This document shows, in pieces, positions 1 to 12,605 of a stretch of DNA of 64,000 bases. The stretch's first letter is position 1. The number at the start of each line of letters is the position of its first letter. Where the stretch lies: the NCBI GenBank assembly GCA_964016885.1, contig OZ024740.1:123256001-123320000 (forward strand). The letters are read 5' to 3'. The position numbers were made by a program, and so were the translations under genes. The notes beneath the pieces were generated by a model. That model did no database searches, was not told where the DNA came from, and was given only the letters and a program-made list of their open reading frames with translations. The DNA comes from Eledone cirrhosa (taxonomy: Eukaryota).

Positions 1-109
1 AATTCACCACTCTCTCCTCTCCTATCTCCTCTCCTATCTTTAAGATTGGTTACTCTTGCACTGTATATATATATAGAAGAGATGAATATAAAATGAAAGT
101 GCTTTTATA

Positions 110-830
110 AAAGAATGTATTAGGTATTGACATATGTTTCTGTAACAGACGGAATAACTATGTATCGCTGCTTGCGTAATCATATAATGTTAGCAAGTAT
201 TCGATAGCAAATGTATAATCAGTTGTCACTTCTTCAGAGATATTGGATAAAGTGGAAACAATCAGAAACATTGAAGTATTTATATTAGTTGTAAGAAAGG
301 AAGAAGAGAGGGGATAGAATATGACAGATGGCAATTCAATTTACTGGTAAACAAGTATATAGAAGGTTTTTAATGAGAATACAATGAGTATATGGCTTAT
401 TTTTTCTAAATAAGAATTTTTGGGAGTGCCTATTTTAATCTATATTTGACCAATTGAACAATGGACAGGGTTGGTCGTTTGGTGTAGTAGTATTAATAGA
501 GATATAAAGTGTCAATTAAGGAAGAGGAAGATTTTCACTGCTACTGTATAACAACAATGCTGGTAGCCTGCTGGTATATGCACTAGGGAATTGAATTAAG
601 AAATCTCCTTTTATCTATAGCAGTTTACATTAAATGGTAAAGAATAGAAGAGTTGATAGAATTAAGACTAATAGAGAATGTTAATATGTATTTTGACAAT
701 CAAACGGAGATGGAGACAGGCGTTCAATCCTGGTTGTATTTGTAATATGAAAATGTAGATTTCAAGCGATGGTTACAGTATAACGATCGCTCTATTCTGT
801 TATTTAATAAAATATTTTTTGATCTCATAA
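110..830 (-). mobile_element. Highly decayed Penelope-like element 3' region (tentative)
   Basis: Minus strand carries two decayed hammerhead-like cores (…GAAA-CATATG-TC near 128-139; CTGAAGA near 229-235). No intact ORF. Confidence 0.25.
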
Positions 831-898
831 TACAAAATAATTCCATATTACACAATTTACAAAATTCCTGTCCGTGGGATTATGCAGGGGCAGGAGCT

Positions 899-1332
899 TT
901 TATTAAAATAACAGATTAAAGTTTAAGCAAAAAATCGCTGCTTTCACCCTTAACGGGATCTTCTGAAACTAAAAAAGTCAGTCTGTGAAAGCAGAAGTAA
1001 ATATTTCAAAAAACGTTGCAACCGAAGGAAGAGAGTAAGACGATACTTTGGTTCGTGGAAACGTTCCCTAGCAAAGAACGGAAAAAAAAACGAAGATAAA
1101 ACGTCATTATTTGGTGCGGTGCAATAATGACGTTTTATTTTCGTTTTTTTCCGCTCTTTGCCAGCAAACGTTTCCACAAACCAAAGTATCGTCTTCCTGT
1201 CTTCCTTCGGTTGCAACATTTTTTGAATTATTTACTTCTGCGTTCACAGATTGACTTTTTTGTTTCAGAAGATCCCGTTAAGGGTGAAATCAGCGATTCT
1301 TTGCTTAAACATTAATCTGTTATTTTAATAAA
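899..1332. repeat. Long imperfect palindrome, ~213-bp arms around an 11-nt loop
   Basis: tttattaaaataacagattaa…aaaacgtcattatt / tggtgcggtgc / aataatgacgtttt…ttaatctgttattttaataaa. The outer arm sequence recurs at ~3770-3868 and ~58948-59008. The mirrored ORFs 950..1219(-) and 1127..1315(+) result from the symmetry. Confidence 0.9.
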
Positions 1333-1445
1333 TATTTGCTCTACGGTTCTTATATATCTGATATATATTTATCCTTATCGAGCCCTCTTTGGATTTTAGT
1401 CTTCAAATTTATTATTATTACTATATATATATATATATATATATA

Positions 1446-1499
1446 TCATCATCATCATCATTGATTAATGTCTATCTTCCACGCTAGCATGGGTTAGAC
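1446..1499 (-). mobile_element. Very short RTE-type 3' tail with (ATG)n end, inside (TA)n
   Basis: Reverse complement aacccatgctagcgtggaagatagacattaa+(tga)n matches the 3' end of the RTE at 17627. Similar stubs at ~4380-4416 and ~23932-23978. Confidence 0.7.
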
Positions 1500-1739
1500 T
1501 ATATATATGAATGTGTATGTGTTAAATGTGTAACTGGTTATTGTATGGTCAAGAAAGAACGACAGACAATTTGAAAGAGAGCGAGATGGAGAGTAAGAAA
1601 GAGAGAAATAGAAAATAACACCGATTGACATTTAAATAAATTTATTAATGATGAGAAATTATCATACACATGATTTTTTTCCAAGTTTGTATTCCTTCAT
1701 TGACTAAACTTTCATAGACTATCAACAGTTACAATGACC

Positions 1740-3060
1740 CCTGACATGCGTAAATCAGCATATGGTTTCCACTTGATGATGCTGCTCAATGAAGTTAGAG
1801 GCCCTCAAATCTTTGATGAACTTCTTAAAGCGAATGTTAATGTTTGTAACACCTATCAAGAGGCATGTATGCAGAGAAGTTTGTTAGAAAATGACAATCA
1901 ATGGGATGCAACACTTGATCGGCATTTTAGCTAAAGAATAGGGTTGACATGTTTAAGGACCCCAAACACGAAGAGCAACTGAGGAACCCTGACCTAGAAG
2001 TAATGTTTTCAGATGAACATTATAACACAGCTTTGATTTTGACTGAAGATAACCTGATGCAAATAAATGGATCTGCTGTGCATTTATTAGGACTTCTTTG
2101 CACCAATAGAATTCGGGAGTGAAATTGTGCGAGAAACTTCATACAATTTATAACACCTCATATTTTATGTTAACGAGAATAAGCTAAAGTTACTATATCA
2201 TCAAAAACCAGTATATAACATTATGTATACTTGAATCAATTACATAAAAAGATGGTGGCCTATTTTTTTATAGATGCACCTCGTGGGATTGGTAAAACCT
2301 TCTTCATAAACCTATTGCCGTCTAAAATTCGACACAATCAAAAAATAGCTTCAGCAGCTGCTTCATCTGGAATTACTACTACACTTTTAACTGGTGGTCA
2401 GACTGCTCATTTCGCTTTCAATTTGGAATTGAACTTCAATTTGAATGAAATGTCCATGTGTTATATGAAAAAGAACTCAGGACCTGCACAAGTATTGCAA
2501 AGATGTGTAGAAATGTTTGGAGATCAATGCACTGTGGCACATAGGCATGCTTTGAAGGCATTGGAAAGAAGACTGAAAGATACCCAGAACAGCACAAGAA
2601 CCATAGGAGGAATCACTGCCATTTTATCAGGGACCTTCCAACAAACTTTACCTGCAATATCAAAGGTGACTTGCAGAGTTGAAGTTCGAACTTGCCTGAA
2701 TTGTCAACTTTATGGCCACATATTACCAAACCCAATTTAAGAACCAACATTCAGGCACAACTTCTCACAGACAGCATTTTAGCAGAGTTTACTCAAAAGC
2801 TTCTGAAACATGGTGAAAGAAAAATATCCCTCGTTACTGAAGAATGTTTTGATCCTTCATCAATTTGAACTGTTGTGGAAAGCGCTGATAGCTTAATTAA
2901 ACAAGTGTTCACATTCTTCAAAGTCCACAATTCCATTAAGGATTCCTGGGCAATGCTGGGTACCTCTGCTAGTTTATATGACACTGTATTGAGACCTTTG
3001 GCGCTATGCAGTTGTACAGAAGATCTGGCTACCATTGTATACAAATCTACAGTCAGTAGG
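1740..3060 (+). pseudogene. Decayed Helitron RepHel, PIF1-like helicase region
   Basis: LLNEVRGP..FDELL…TYQEAC…LLENDNQWD, a Walker A-like FFIDAPRGIGKTF, AASSGITTTLLTGGQTAH and ILSGTFQQTLP are typical Helitron helicase motifs. Several stops and frameshifts. Confidence 0.85.
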
Positions 3061-3129
3061 CACCTCTTAACTCAATGTACACCACACCACCCCACCCTCC
3101 CTCTCCCGTTCCATCCACTGTGTCAATGA

Positions 3130-3338
3130 CACAATAGTCCACACTGTAAGGTGGCCATGTAGGAGACACTGTGAAAAGGCTCCCAGTCTACATTGTAAAT
3201 GTGGTTGGTGCTAGGAAGGGCATCCAGCTGTAAAAAAACCTGCCAGAGATGCTTCCGTGCAAGCGAGACATGGTATCCCGACCATTCCCGCACCAAATAG
3301 AACAAAACCGTCTAACTCATGCTAAACGATGATGATGA
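3130..3338 (+). mobile_element. RTE 3'UTR-like or SINE tail fragment
   Basis: gtaaatgtggttggtgctaggaagggcatccagctgtaaaa motif is shared with the RTE 3'UTRs at ~10.7, 17.75 and 59.2 kb. Ends in gatgatgat followed by (TA)n. Confidence 0.65.
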
Positions 3339-4184
3339 TATATATATATATATAATATAGGCCCATCCGGCTGGTCACCGGCTAGGTATACCGGCATTTT
3401 ATCTTTTCAGGAATCCCCCCTCCACTCCAGTGCAAATATACCGCACGCCCTCTCAAGTCAGTGAGCGGGGCCGGGGGTGTAATGTACCCTGATGTTGGCT
3501 CTGAATAGTTTTTTAGGATTCCTCAGTACGTTAAAGAAAATTGATAGTTACAACAATAAAGGCTGAACAGAGAACACATGTTTTAACAAACAATAATTTG
3601 TACAACCATAATGGAAATTCCAAGTAACAGAAAATATTTAAATTACATTGTTAGAGCCTCAGAGTATACAATATATTTTGTTCAAAGATGAAGAGATTGT
3701 TTGGCACGCTCACTCTAGAGCATCCTACATACAATTGACCATTAAAATAACATCTACATACAATTAACCATTAAAATAACAGATTAAAGTTTAAGCAAAT
3801 AATTGCTGCTTTCACCCTTAACTCACAAAATCAGTCTGTGAACGCAGAAGAAATATTTCGAAAAAGATTATCTAATGCAGACAGCAGATATACAGAGACA
3901 TATTATAAGGGTGCTACGTTATAGCTATGTATCTATCTAATAAAACAGACAGACAAAGAAAAAGAGGGGAATGTTGTGCGACGTCATAAGAAAAAGTGAG
4001 GAATGACGTATAACCGGAGGTGTTGACATATGAAATTATAAAGAAGTGAATATTTAAATAATGTCTTTTATCTTATAACAAAATTCAGTAGACAAAAATA
4101 CCCTCACTATATTACTTGGAAAAAGTTACATCCATGGTGCAAATTTGGTACTGTTTGGTCCAGCCGTTTGGCGGAAAGGTGAAC

Positions 4185-4288
4185 CATAATGAGCCAAAGT
4201 AGTCGATACTGAGTGGGTAATAAGAAAAGAGTCAGGACCCCGAGGGCTGAGCTCCGGCTGTTTCGACAGGTGTCGAGTCTTTTCCTAT
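4185..4288 (-). repeat. Short dispersed repeat (gtcgaaac…gagctcagcc.tcggggtcctgactc family)
   Basis: Related copies at 9791-9910, 12536-12580 and 23346-23455. All lie next to TA-rich tracts. Confidence 0.7.
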
Positions 4289-4300
4289 ATGTATATATGC

Positions 4301-4359
<59 letters not shown>

Positions 4360-4511
4360 TACATACGTATATATATATAATCATCATCATCATCTTTTAA
4401 CGTCTATCTTCCACGATGATTAAATATATATATATGAGGTATATCCTAATGTTTGTTGAGTTAGATGGAGTTGGTCAGAGTATCGCTTAAGGCTTTCTCT
4501 GTTAATGTATT

Positions 4512-4652
<141 letters not shown>

Positions 4653-4737
4653 TCTGACGAAAGAACTTCGACAATATATGTACAACCGTCCGGTTGTGGA
4701 ACCAACCAACCAACCGAAAATTTATAAATTTAACTTA

Positions 4738-4866
4738 TAATAAATTGGAGTGAAAGCAACTGGTGCGTGTGTTTCTTATTGGCAACATGACCCTCCCAAA
4801 GCATAACAATATCGGTTTCAACACACCTTTTCAGATAAGGAATCTTGCTAAACAAATTCAGAAACG

Positions 4867-4930
<64 letters not shown>

Positions 4931-5345
4931 GCATATATATATATATTTCATTTTCATATTTATTTTGCACTAATTTTTATACGAAAACCTGTATTGAAAC
5001 ATATATTGTTATACTTTGGGAGGGTCATGTTGCCAATAAAAACAGACACTAGTTGAGTTCCACTTCAATTTATTATCATTGCTTAAGTAACCTATTTTTC
5101 TATCAGTTAGTTTAACAATCCAATTGGTGTTTAGTTGTTAATTGTCAAAGCTCTTTTGAGGAGATGCAAAGTAACAAAGTAGTCTCAGAAGAGGTCACAA
5201 AATGTGTGATAAGATAAATTTGATAATTAATAACTAATCAAACATTTGGTTATTAAACTAACCAATGGAAAAGTTAGTTACTTAAACAATAATTATAATA
5301 AATTACAATGAAACTCAACTGGTGCATCTGTTTTTATTGGTGGCA
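4738..5345. repeat. Nested decayed inverted repeats
   Basis: 4740-4830 is the inverse of ~4990-5075 (ttattggcaacatgaccctcccaaag / ctttgggagggtcatgttgccaataa). ~5030-5150 is the inverse of ~5218-5340. Confidence 0.7.
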
Positions 5346-5444
5346 AAGTATAACGATATATGATTTAATTTTCCCAAAGTATAACAATATATGATTTAAT
5401 TTTTAGTTTTTAATCCTTATTAATTCTTTTAAATTGTAATACTC

Positions 5445-5494
5445 AACGTTTGATGAGATGAATTTTACTAATACATCGAAACTGGTCACACTTT
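5445..5494 (+). ncRNA. Degenerate minimal hammerhead ribozyme (PLE type)
   Basis: TTGATGA (C3 to U), stem II gatg/catc, GAAA-CTGG-TC, then acac. Stem I is only partly paired. Confidence 0.5.
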
Positions 5495-5639
5495 ATATAT
5501 TTTATATACATCATAAAAGTCTTTTTTAAAAAGAATTGTCCCTCTCAATTTTTTAATAATTCCACTTTGACGAATCAAAGAAAGGGAAAAAAAGAAAAAC
5601 AGACCCTTAAATATATTTTCCGTACTATTTCCAATTTCA

Positions 5640-5722
<83 letters not shown>

Positions 5723-5899
5723 GGTGTGTGTATATATATAAGTAAAAGATTAAAGTCGAAAAGCACAGGAGTATATTAAAAGATACTTTTTTTTCTTTTA
5801 TCCAACAGAACATTTTGATAATTGTTCTGTTAAATGAATTTAAGCTTTATTACATATTACCAGTTTTGATTGGTATGACAATATTATGAAATATTTAAA

Positions 5900-6645
5900 A
5901 ACAGAATATGTCTCATATTCTGTTTGCAGTTATACCCTATATGGATTTTCTCGTAAAATCTCTTCTAATACATTCATTATGAAGTTATGGTGGAGAAGAT
6001 GGAAGTGAGGATTAACAGGTCAGGATTCAATTGAGTTACTAAAAAATAGTATTGACTATGCAATGACTACAATTGAATGTTGGCTAGATACTCAAATATC
6101 TGAATTACCAATATCCATAAAAAGGACTTCAACATTGATGAACTCAGATTCATATAGCAAAACAATTATTTGTTGTTCTATGGATCTGTGTAGCAACAAA
6201 TATCAGGAACTACAACAGACAAAAAAGTAGCCCACATATGCCAATTTAGTCATGGGATTACATGAGCAAAGGATTTACAGCCAACCACTACTGCTATTTG
6301 AAGACATATTTCAAGCACAACTAAAAAGCAACTGGAAAACGTACTTGTACACAAACCTTGATTCCCTCACAGAATTCAAGAATTTGATAAATAATCTTAA
6401 CAGCAACATCTAAATTCACAATAAAGATTAATATAAAGGAACTAGCCCCTTTAGATATCACAACCACAAAAATGAATGGGAGAATAGAAACAGGCATTTT
6501 CTATAAACCCATAGACTCCAAACAGTACCTCCTATTTACATCAAGTCACCCAAAACACATGAAACTGAGCATTTCTATTAACCTTGCAAAAACAATATGT
6601 TCAATCGTTTTGGACACAATCAAATGTGAAAAATATTCTTATCAA
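5900..6645 (+). pseudogene. Decayed Penelope-like reverse transcriptase fragment
   Basis: YANLVMG-like motif, LDI…GRIETGIFYKPIDSKQYLLFTSSHPKHMKLSISINLAKTICSIV is the PLE RT thumb signature (YxKPT…YL…S.HP). Confidence 0.75.
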
Positions 6646-6689
6646 ACTGAATATATATATATATATATATAACACTTCAGCGATCTGTG

Positions 6690-6870
6690 GTCAGTTCTCA
6701 TGGGCGGAGGTGGTGAGAGCTAACCCCAGATCTCTGAGACTCATGGAGGAAATGACGACGGACCGTGTCAAATGGAGAGATGCTATGCTGAATAGGACCC
6801 GTCCCACCCTTGCAAGAACTGAAAAGCAGACGTAAAATGATGATGATGAAGATCATGATCATGATCATCA
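6690..6870 (+). mobile_element. 5'-truncated RTE LINE 3' end
   Basis: WAEVVRAN…EMTTDRVKWRDA C-terminus, then cgtcccacccttgcaag…gacgtaaaatgatgatg, the same tail as the RTE at 12606. Confidence 0.8.
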
Positions 6871-7180
6871 TCACGGTTTGTCTATTTTCCATGCTTGCAT
6901 GGGTAAGACAACTGTCATGTGCTGAAGTCAGACTGGTCAGGTGACTAGGTTCTGTTTATTCACTTTGTTTTGGCTTGGTTCCTATGACTGGATGCATTCC
7001 TTATACCGACCCCTTTACAGAGTATAATGTGACTATTTTATAATGGGTTCAACACTACCACTATAGAGGGTGGACTAGATGATTTTTGTTGTTGTTGTAT
7101 CAGAACTACCCCCTTACAGGTTGGTGTGGGTGCATTTGTAGTGGCACCAACACTATTTCATTACAGAACTATAGTGTTCA
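6870..7180 (-). mobile_element. Old RTE 3'UTR or SINE tail
   Basis: Reverse complement ends cccatgcaagcatggaaaatagac and contains a decayed ggaagggcatccag-like motif. Confidence 0.5.
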
Positions 7181-8519
7181 GTGTACATGGTCATGCTAGG
7201 GGGGGGGGGGGGGGGGGGGCAAGCATTGCTGCCAGCATTTAATTGGAGTGGGAAGAGGTCAGGGTGGTGCTTGGCATCCTTGTGGGGCCTAAAAGGGGTA
7301 CATGTATGTACTGTTTGAAGCAAATTGTTGGGTGAGTGGTGTCTGTCATTTTCAGGGTATGCCAGGCTTTTCTGTGTTGTGGAAGCAAAGGTTCAGTTGG
7401 TAAGGTGTATATTGGCAAGTGAAGACATGATACATATGTGTACATATATATATATATGTGGGGGGGGGGCGTGTATGTGTGTGTATGTATGTGAATGTGT
7501 GTGTATGTGAGTGTGTGAGTATGTGTGTATTTGTGTGCCTATTTATGTATAATTTGCTACAAACTGCATTAGTTTCTCAATAAAACATTGATAATCATTA
7601 GAATGCAATGTAACAATTCATTGTTTATTTATGTTATCTAATACTTATAGAAACATGTTATGTAAGGCTTTTACATATAGCATCAATGCCATGCTTTTTG
7701 TATGCACAAATCAACAAATATATCTTTTCTAATGTTTTACTTTACATCCAGTAACATTCTATGTGTTCTTTCAAAAGTTATTTACTATTTCTTATATCTT
7801 GTCTTTGTGCTTTCATATTTGAAATGCAAGGAAGAATGAGAAGTAATATATTCATAGTAAAAGAATGCTGTCTAAATTGAGTAATATTTTATTAATGAAG
7901 AAAGCAATTTTATATCTCCAGGCTATTCTAAAATTTTAGCAGATAGTGCAGAGGTGAACTTGGTCTGAAAATGTGTGCATTTGTTGAAAGTAATATTTAG
8001 ATCAGGCTCAAAATATTTATATAGTTGAACTCAGTATTAAAAATATATTAATAACAGAATGGTATATAAACTGTGCAAGACAATAAGTTTTTCAAAAGGA
8101 ATACTTTCAACTCTTAATTATGTGTATTAAAAATTGCTCATAGATTCCATTTGTAATTCAGTTATCTGGTTAAAATGTATATAAATGAGACACTGGCCCC
8201 GAGCCTTCTAAATAGTCATTAGTTCTACTTGAGTACTAACTTAACAAACCATCCAAACCTTACTAGAGATTAAAAACTTTTACCAAATGATAATAATGTT
8301 AACTATCATGACATATATCTACTTAGTATGGATGGACCTGAGAATGAGTAGTAATTAGCATAATAGAGATAATTATTTCCTTCATTAAAGCCAAAGTGGA
8401 GTCCTTTTCTTCTATTCTTCTGGAGTTTTAACTGTGTAGTCCCAGAGTCTTCAGATAAGTCAGTCTTATCTGAGGACCCTGTGGTTATATGTATATATAC
8501 ATATATATAGAGAGAGGGA

Positions 8520-9690
8520 AAATTCAAGCATATTTTGCAACATGAGGACCAGAAACAGGAGGTCTTCAAGATTGCGAGGCAGTGTGTCAGAGAGAATTAT
8601 GTCATTGGAGAGAAGTGTATCCGGAATGATAAAGGTGAGCTTGCCCTCACAAGTGCTGAGAAGAAAGCTGTATGGAAGAGCCATTATAAAATATTACTAA
8701 ACGAGGAGAATGCATGGGAAAAAGATACCCTACCCCAAGTGGACCCTATAGAGGGGCCAGCCGTACAAGTCACCAGCACCGTAGTAAGTAAGGCAATCAA
8801 AGATACGAAGACAGGGAAGGCAACCAGTCCATTTGGTATAGCTGCCAAGATGCTGAAGGCATCTGGGCTGGTAGGTCACACCATAACCACACAAATTGTT
8901 AACCAGATAATACTAGAGGTATCATACCAAAGGATTGGTGCAGCAGCATCATTGTCAACTGCTACAAAGGTAAAGGTGATACACTAGATTGAGGAAACTA
9001 TAGAGGTATAAAGCTGATGGACCAGATCATGAAAGTAATGGAAAAAGTTATAGCACAGTTGATTAGGGACCGGGTAAAAATAGATGAGATGCAATTTGGG
9101 TTTGTACCAGGAAAAGGTACTACGGATGCCCTCTTCCTTGTGAGGCAGTTACAGTAAAAGTACCTTGCTAAAAGTAAGCCGCTCTGCCTGGCATTCATTG
9201 ATCTTGAAAAAGCCTTTGACAGAGTCCGTCATGCTATAATCTGGTGGGCTTTTAGAAAATTAACAGTAGATGAATGGCTTGTGAAAGCTGTACAAGCCAT
9301 GTATAGAGGAGCAGTCAGCAAAGTTAGAGTTAGCAATGACTATAGCGAGGAATTTAGCATACAGGTCGGTGTCCACCAGGGCTCTGTTCTTAGCCTTCTC
9401 CTGTTCATTATAGTTTTGCAGGCAATAACGAAGGAGTTTATGACCAGATGCTCATGGGAACTCCTATATGTGGATGTTGTCACACTTATAGCTGAATCTA
9501 CGGTGGAACTAGAGAGGAATATTCCACACATGGAAGCAGGGACTAGAAAGAAAGGGTCTCTATATCAACCTGACAAAGACTAAGGTTATTGTAAGTAGAC
9601 AAGAAAACAGAACCCAGATCCCCTCAGGGAAATGTCTTTGCTCAGTTTGTAGGAAAGGTGTAGGTAGGAACTCCATCATTTACCCCCCAA
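8520..9690 (+). pseudogene. RTE-clade LINE RT fragment
   Basis: CYKGKGD, NYRGIKLMDQIMK, QFGFVPGKGTTDA, FIDLEKAFDR, VGVHQGSVLS and ELLYVDV (decayed YADD). Frameshifts and stops present. Confidence 0.9.
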
Positions 9691-9729
9691 AAAGGCCATT
9701 TCTATATTAGATATGATATATATATATAT

Positions 9730-9845
9730 ATAGGAACGAGTAGGACCCCGACGGCTGAGCACAAGCCGTTTCGACGGCTAATTCTGGACTGAATTAGCCG
9801 TCGAAACGTCTTGAGCTCAGCCGTCGGGGTCCTACTCGTTCCTAT
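9730..9845. repeat. Near-perfect GC-rich hairpin, 55-bp arms, 6-nt loop
   Basis: ataggaacgagtaggaccccgacggctgagc…gacggctaattc-tggact-gaattagccgtc…gctcagccgtcggggtcctactcgttcctat, with two mismatches seen. Confidence 0.95.
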
Positions 9846-9932
9846 TACCCACTCTACTACCCTAAGTATTGAGTACTTTGGTGCGTTATGGTCCACCTGG
9901 TACCATACCACATTTCCTTCGTTATATATATA

Positions 9933-9986
<54 letters not shown>

Positions 9987-10629
9987 ATTTGTATTAATAA
10001 TATATATATAATTTATATTTGTATTAATCTCCAGGGTCTAGCTATTGACCAATTAATTTTGTTGATTTTTTTAGTTGATTCTATTGACTGATGAATAGCT
10101 TTTGTTAACTTTAAAACCATTCTGTTGAGAACTTAATTCGTTTTGTGATATTTTGCAATTTTGCAATAATATACACATACTTAATTCATCCGCCAAAAAT
10201 AAGGGTTGCCTCCCTTGTCGAGCCCCACGTGGGTATTGGTAACGGTCAATCGGTGGCCTGGCACTTGAACTAAAAGCCTGTTGAGAAAGTGACTTCCTTG
10301 TTCAATCATCTTACCAGGAGCTTAACATTATTTGTCTAAGCGGACAGTAATTGATTTAGGAGTCGCAGAAACCCAAATGCTGCATTTTCACCAACCTCCC
10401 AGGGGTCCGGGCAAATTTTTCAATCATATTTTTTTATTTGTTTGACCCGAATTACTTGGTCCTTTCTATGGCTGCGCGGATAATGGTTTAACCATCGTCT
10501 CAGTGTGTTTGGCCTTTTAACGTATGTTGTAGCCCTGGTTCGTTAGAATTTATTGAGCGCTTGCCACACATCTTGGAAGTTTTTTTTCGCTAATTTCCAA
10601 AGCTGAAATACGATTCTCGCTAATTTATA

Positions 10630-10689
<60 letters not shown>

Positions 10690-10690
<1 letters not shown>

Positions 10691-11590
10691 GTGACCTCTG
10701 GTATCACTGATTCTGGCTTGATTTCTACAGATGGATGCCCTTCCTAACATCAACCTCATTTACAGTGAGTGCTGGGTGCTTTTTCGTGGCGCCTACACAT
10801 CCACTTTACAGTGTGGGCTGGGTGCTTTTTTGCCGTGGCACCTCCAGGTGTACATTGCAGTGGGAGGGGGTGGGGCATATTGTCTATATGCTTCAGCCTC
10901 AGCATGTTCCTGTAGGAAGTCAGGTGTTCTGTATTAATGTGTGACGCTAGAGGGCACAGTCGTGTGTCATTGCTCTTGAGAGGTGCAATTGGGTAAGGTG
11001 GGCTTTTATTGCCTCATCCCAGTCTTCTTGGGTCTCCCCACTCCGCGGCTTCCATCGACTTCTAGTGCTCTGCACCTTTTTATGCAGCTGTCATCCTTCA
11101 TACGCATCACATGTCCATACCAACACAAACTCCTCTCCTGCACACAGCATTTGATTCCTCTTATGCTCAGTCTCTATCTCAGTTCGTTTATGCTTTGCCA
11201 TTCGCCTATATTACTATTACCCATCCATCGGAGAATGCAAGCTTCGTTTCTTTCTAATCTCCGCAAGTCTTCTTCAGACAGCGACCAGGTCTCACAACCA
11301 TGTAACATTGCTGTTCATATACATGCATCATACCATCTGCCTTTTATTTTGAGGGAAAAGCCTTTTGCAGCTAGCAGTGGCAGTAGCTCCCTGAACTTCT
11401 TCCATCCCGTTCTTACCCTAGTTATTTTACTTTCTGAACACCCACCTCCGCTGCTAATTCAGTCACCTAGGTAGCAGTAGCTGTCTATTGTTTCTATAGA
11501 GCCCTCCCAGATTTTGGTGGTGCTTGTTTTCTATGGCCGTTTGCTGCTTGCTGTCCCAGCGCAGTTGCTACATATGAAGCCTACATTCTA
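10690..11590 (-). mobile_element. RTE LINE 3' portion (C-terminal ORF and 3'UTR)
   Basis: Antisense of WYGHVMR…GRPKKTW and GWKKFRELLPLL. Closely similar to 59108-60320. Left end abuts (TA)n. Confidence 0.85.
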
Positions 11591-11747
11591 TATTAAATAT
11601 TGTATATTCTCTACTATGTATTGAGTACCTTACTTACACACACTTACACACACACATATATGTATATACATATATGAAGTACAAGTCAACAAGTTAGAAT
11701 TTACTTAATTTATTCCTAACTGCTTATTCTAGATAGTGGCTATTATA

Positions 11748-11930
11748 TGAATTGGCAGTATCGGTAGAGCGTCGGACATGCTTTCCAGCATAGTTACGTC
11801 CCTTTATGTTCTGAGTTCAAATCCCGCCGAGGTTAACTTTGCCTTTCATCCTTACTTGGTCAATAAGATAAAGTACCAGTAATGTACTGATAAATAGCTG
11901 GCCTTGTGCCAAAAATAGAAACAATTATAT
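11748..11930 (+). mobile_element. tRNA-derived CORE-type SINE (resembles octopus OR2)
   Basis: Box A-like tggcagtatcgg, box B gagttcaaatcc, CORE-like gcctttcatcct…ataaagtaccagt, 3' ccttgtgccaaaaatagaaacaattat. The family name is from recollection, not a search. Confidence 0.75.
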
Positions 11931-12605
11931 TATATTATCACTGCTGTCACTACTACTACTAGAGTCACTGGGGTCAAGAACCACTCCTAAATAAAATAAC
12001 TAAGGCATCATCAATGCAGCCTGTTATTGTTACTGCTGTTGTCACAGCAACCTATTTGCCTCTTTGATTGATCTGGTTCCTAAACATGTAGACTGTAGAG
12101 CTCACGATGGCTTGATATAGTGGTTGAACTACCTCTGGCCAACAACTCATGGCTTTCTACATCTCTTGTACTGATACTGAGAGGCTATACATTCTAAGAC
12201 GAGTGCATTTTAGTCTTCTAAGAAATTTAGTAGTGAGGAGTGTATTGGTTTGGACATTCATTGATAAGCAATAAGATATCAATGTTTCTCTTCGCTGACT
12301 TGTGAAACAGTTCTACTTCAAAACTTCCTGGATGTTGATAGTTATCATAGACAAATGGTATACCTTAATTTATCCTTTAAATTGAGTTCTGTGAACCGTA
12401 CTATCTTTAGTTAATATATTTGTCACCTTGGTGGTATTTTATCCCTTGTATTTGAACACACACACACACACATAAATATATATATATGTGTTATTCTCTA
12501 TTTCCCGTTATATATATATATATATATATATACATGTCGAAACGGCCAGAGCTCAGCCATCGGGGTCCTGACTCTTTTTATATATATATGTATATATATA
12601 TATAT

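Noticed and set aside
1015-1070. Hammerhead in the palindrome arm (ccgaagga…gaaacgtt)
   Set aside because: Non-canonical core and no convincing stem II.
4085-4185. Helentron/DINE-like non-autonomous element (gcaaatttgg…ggtccagccgttt), with a similar hint at ~19850
   Set aside because: Only a short motif resemblance, and the termini could not be defined.
11748-11830. tRNA gene
   Set aside because: Box A/B motifs belong to SINE heads. No cloverleaf, and the CORE body follows.
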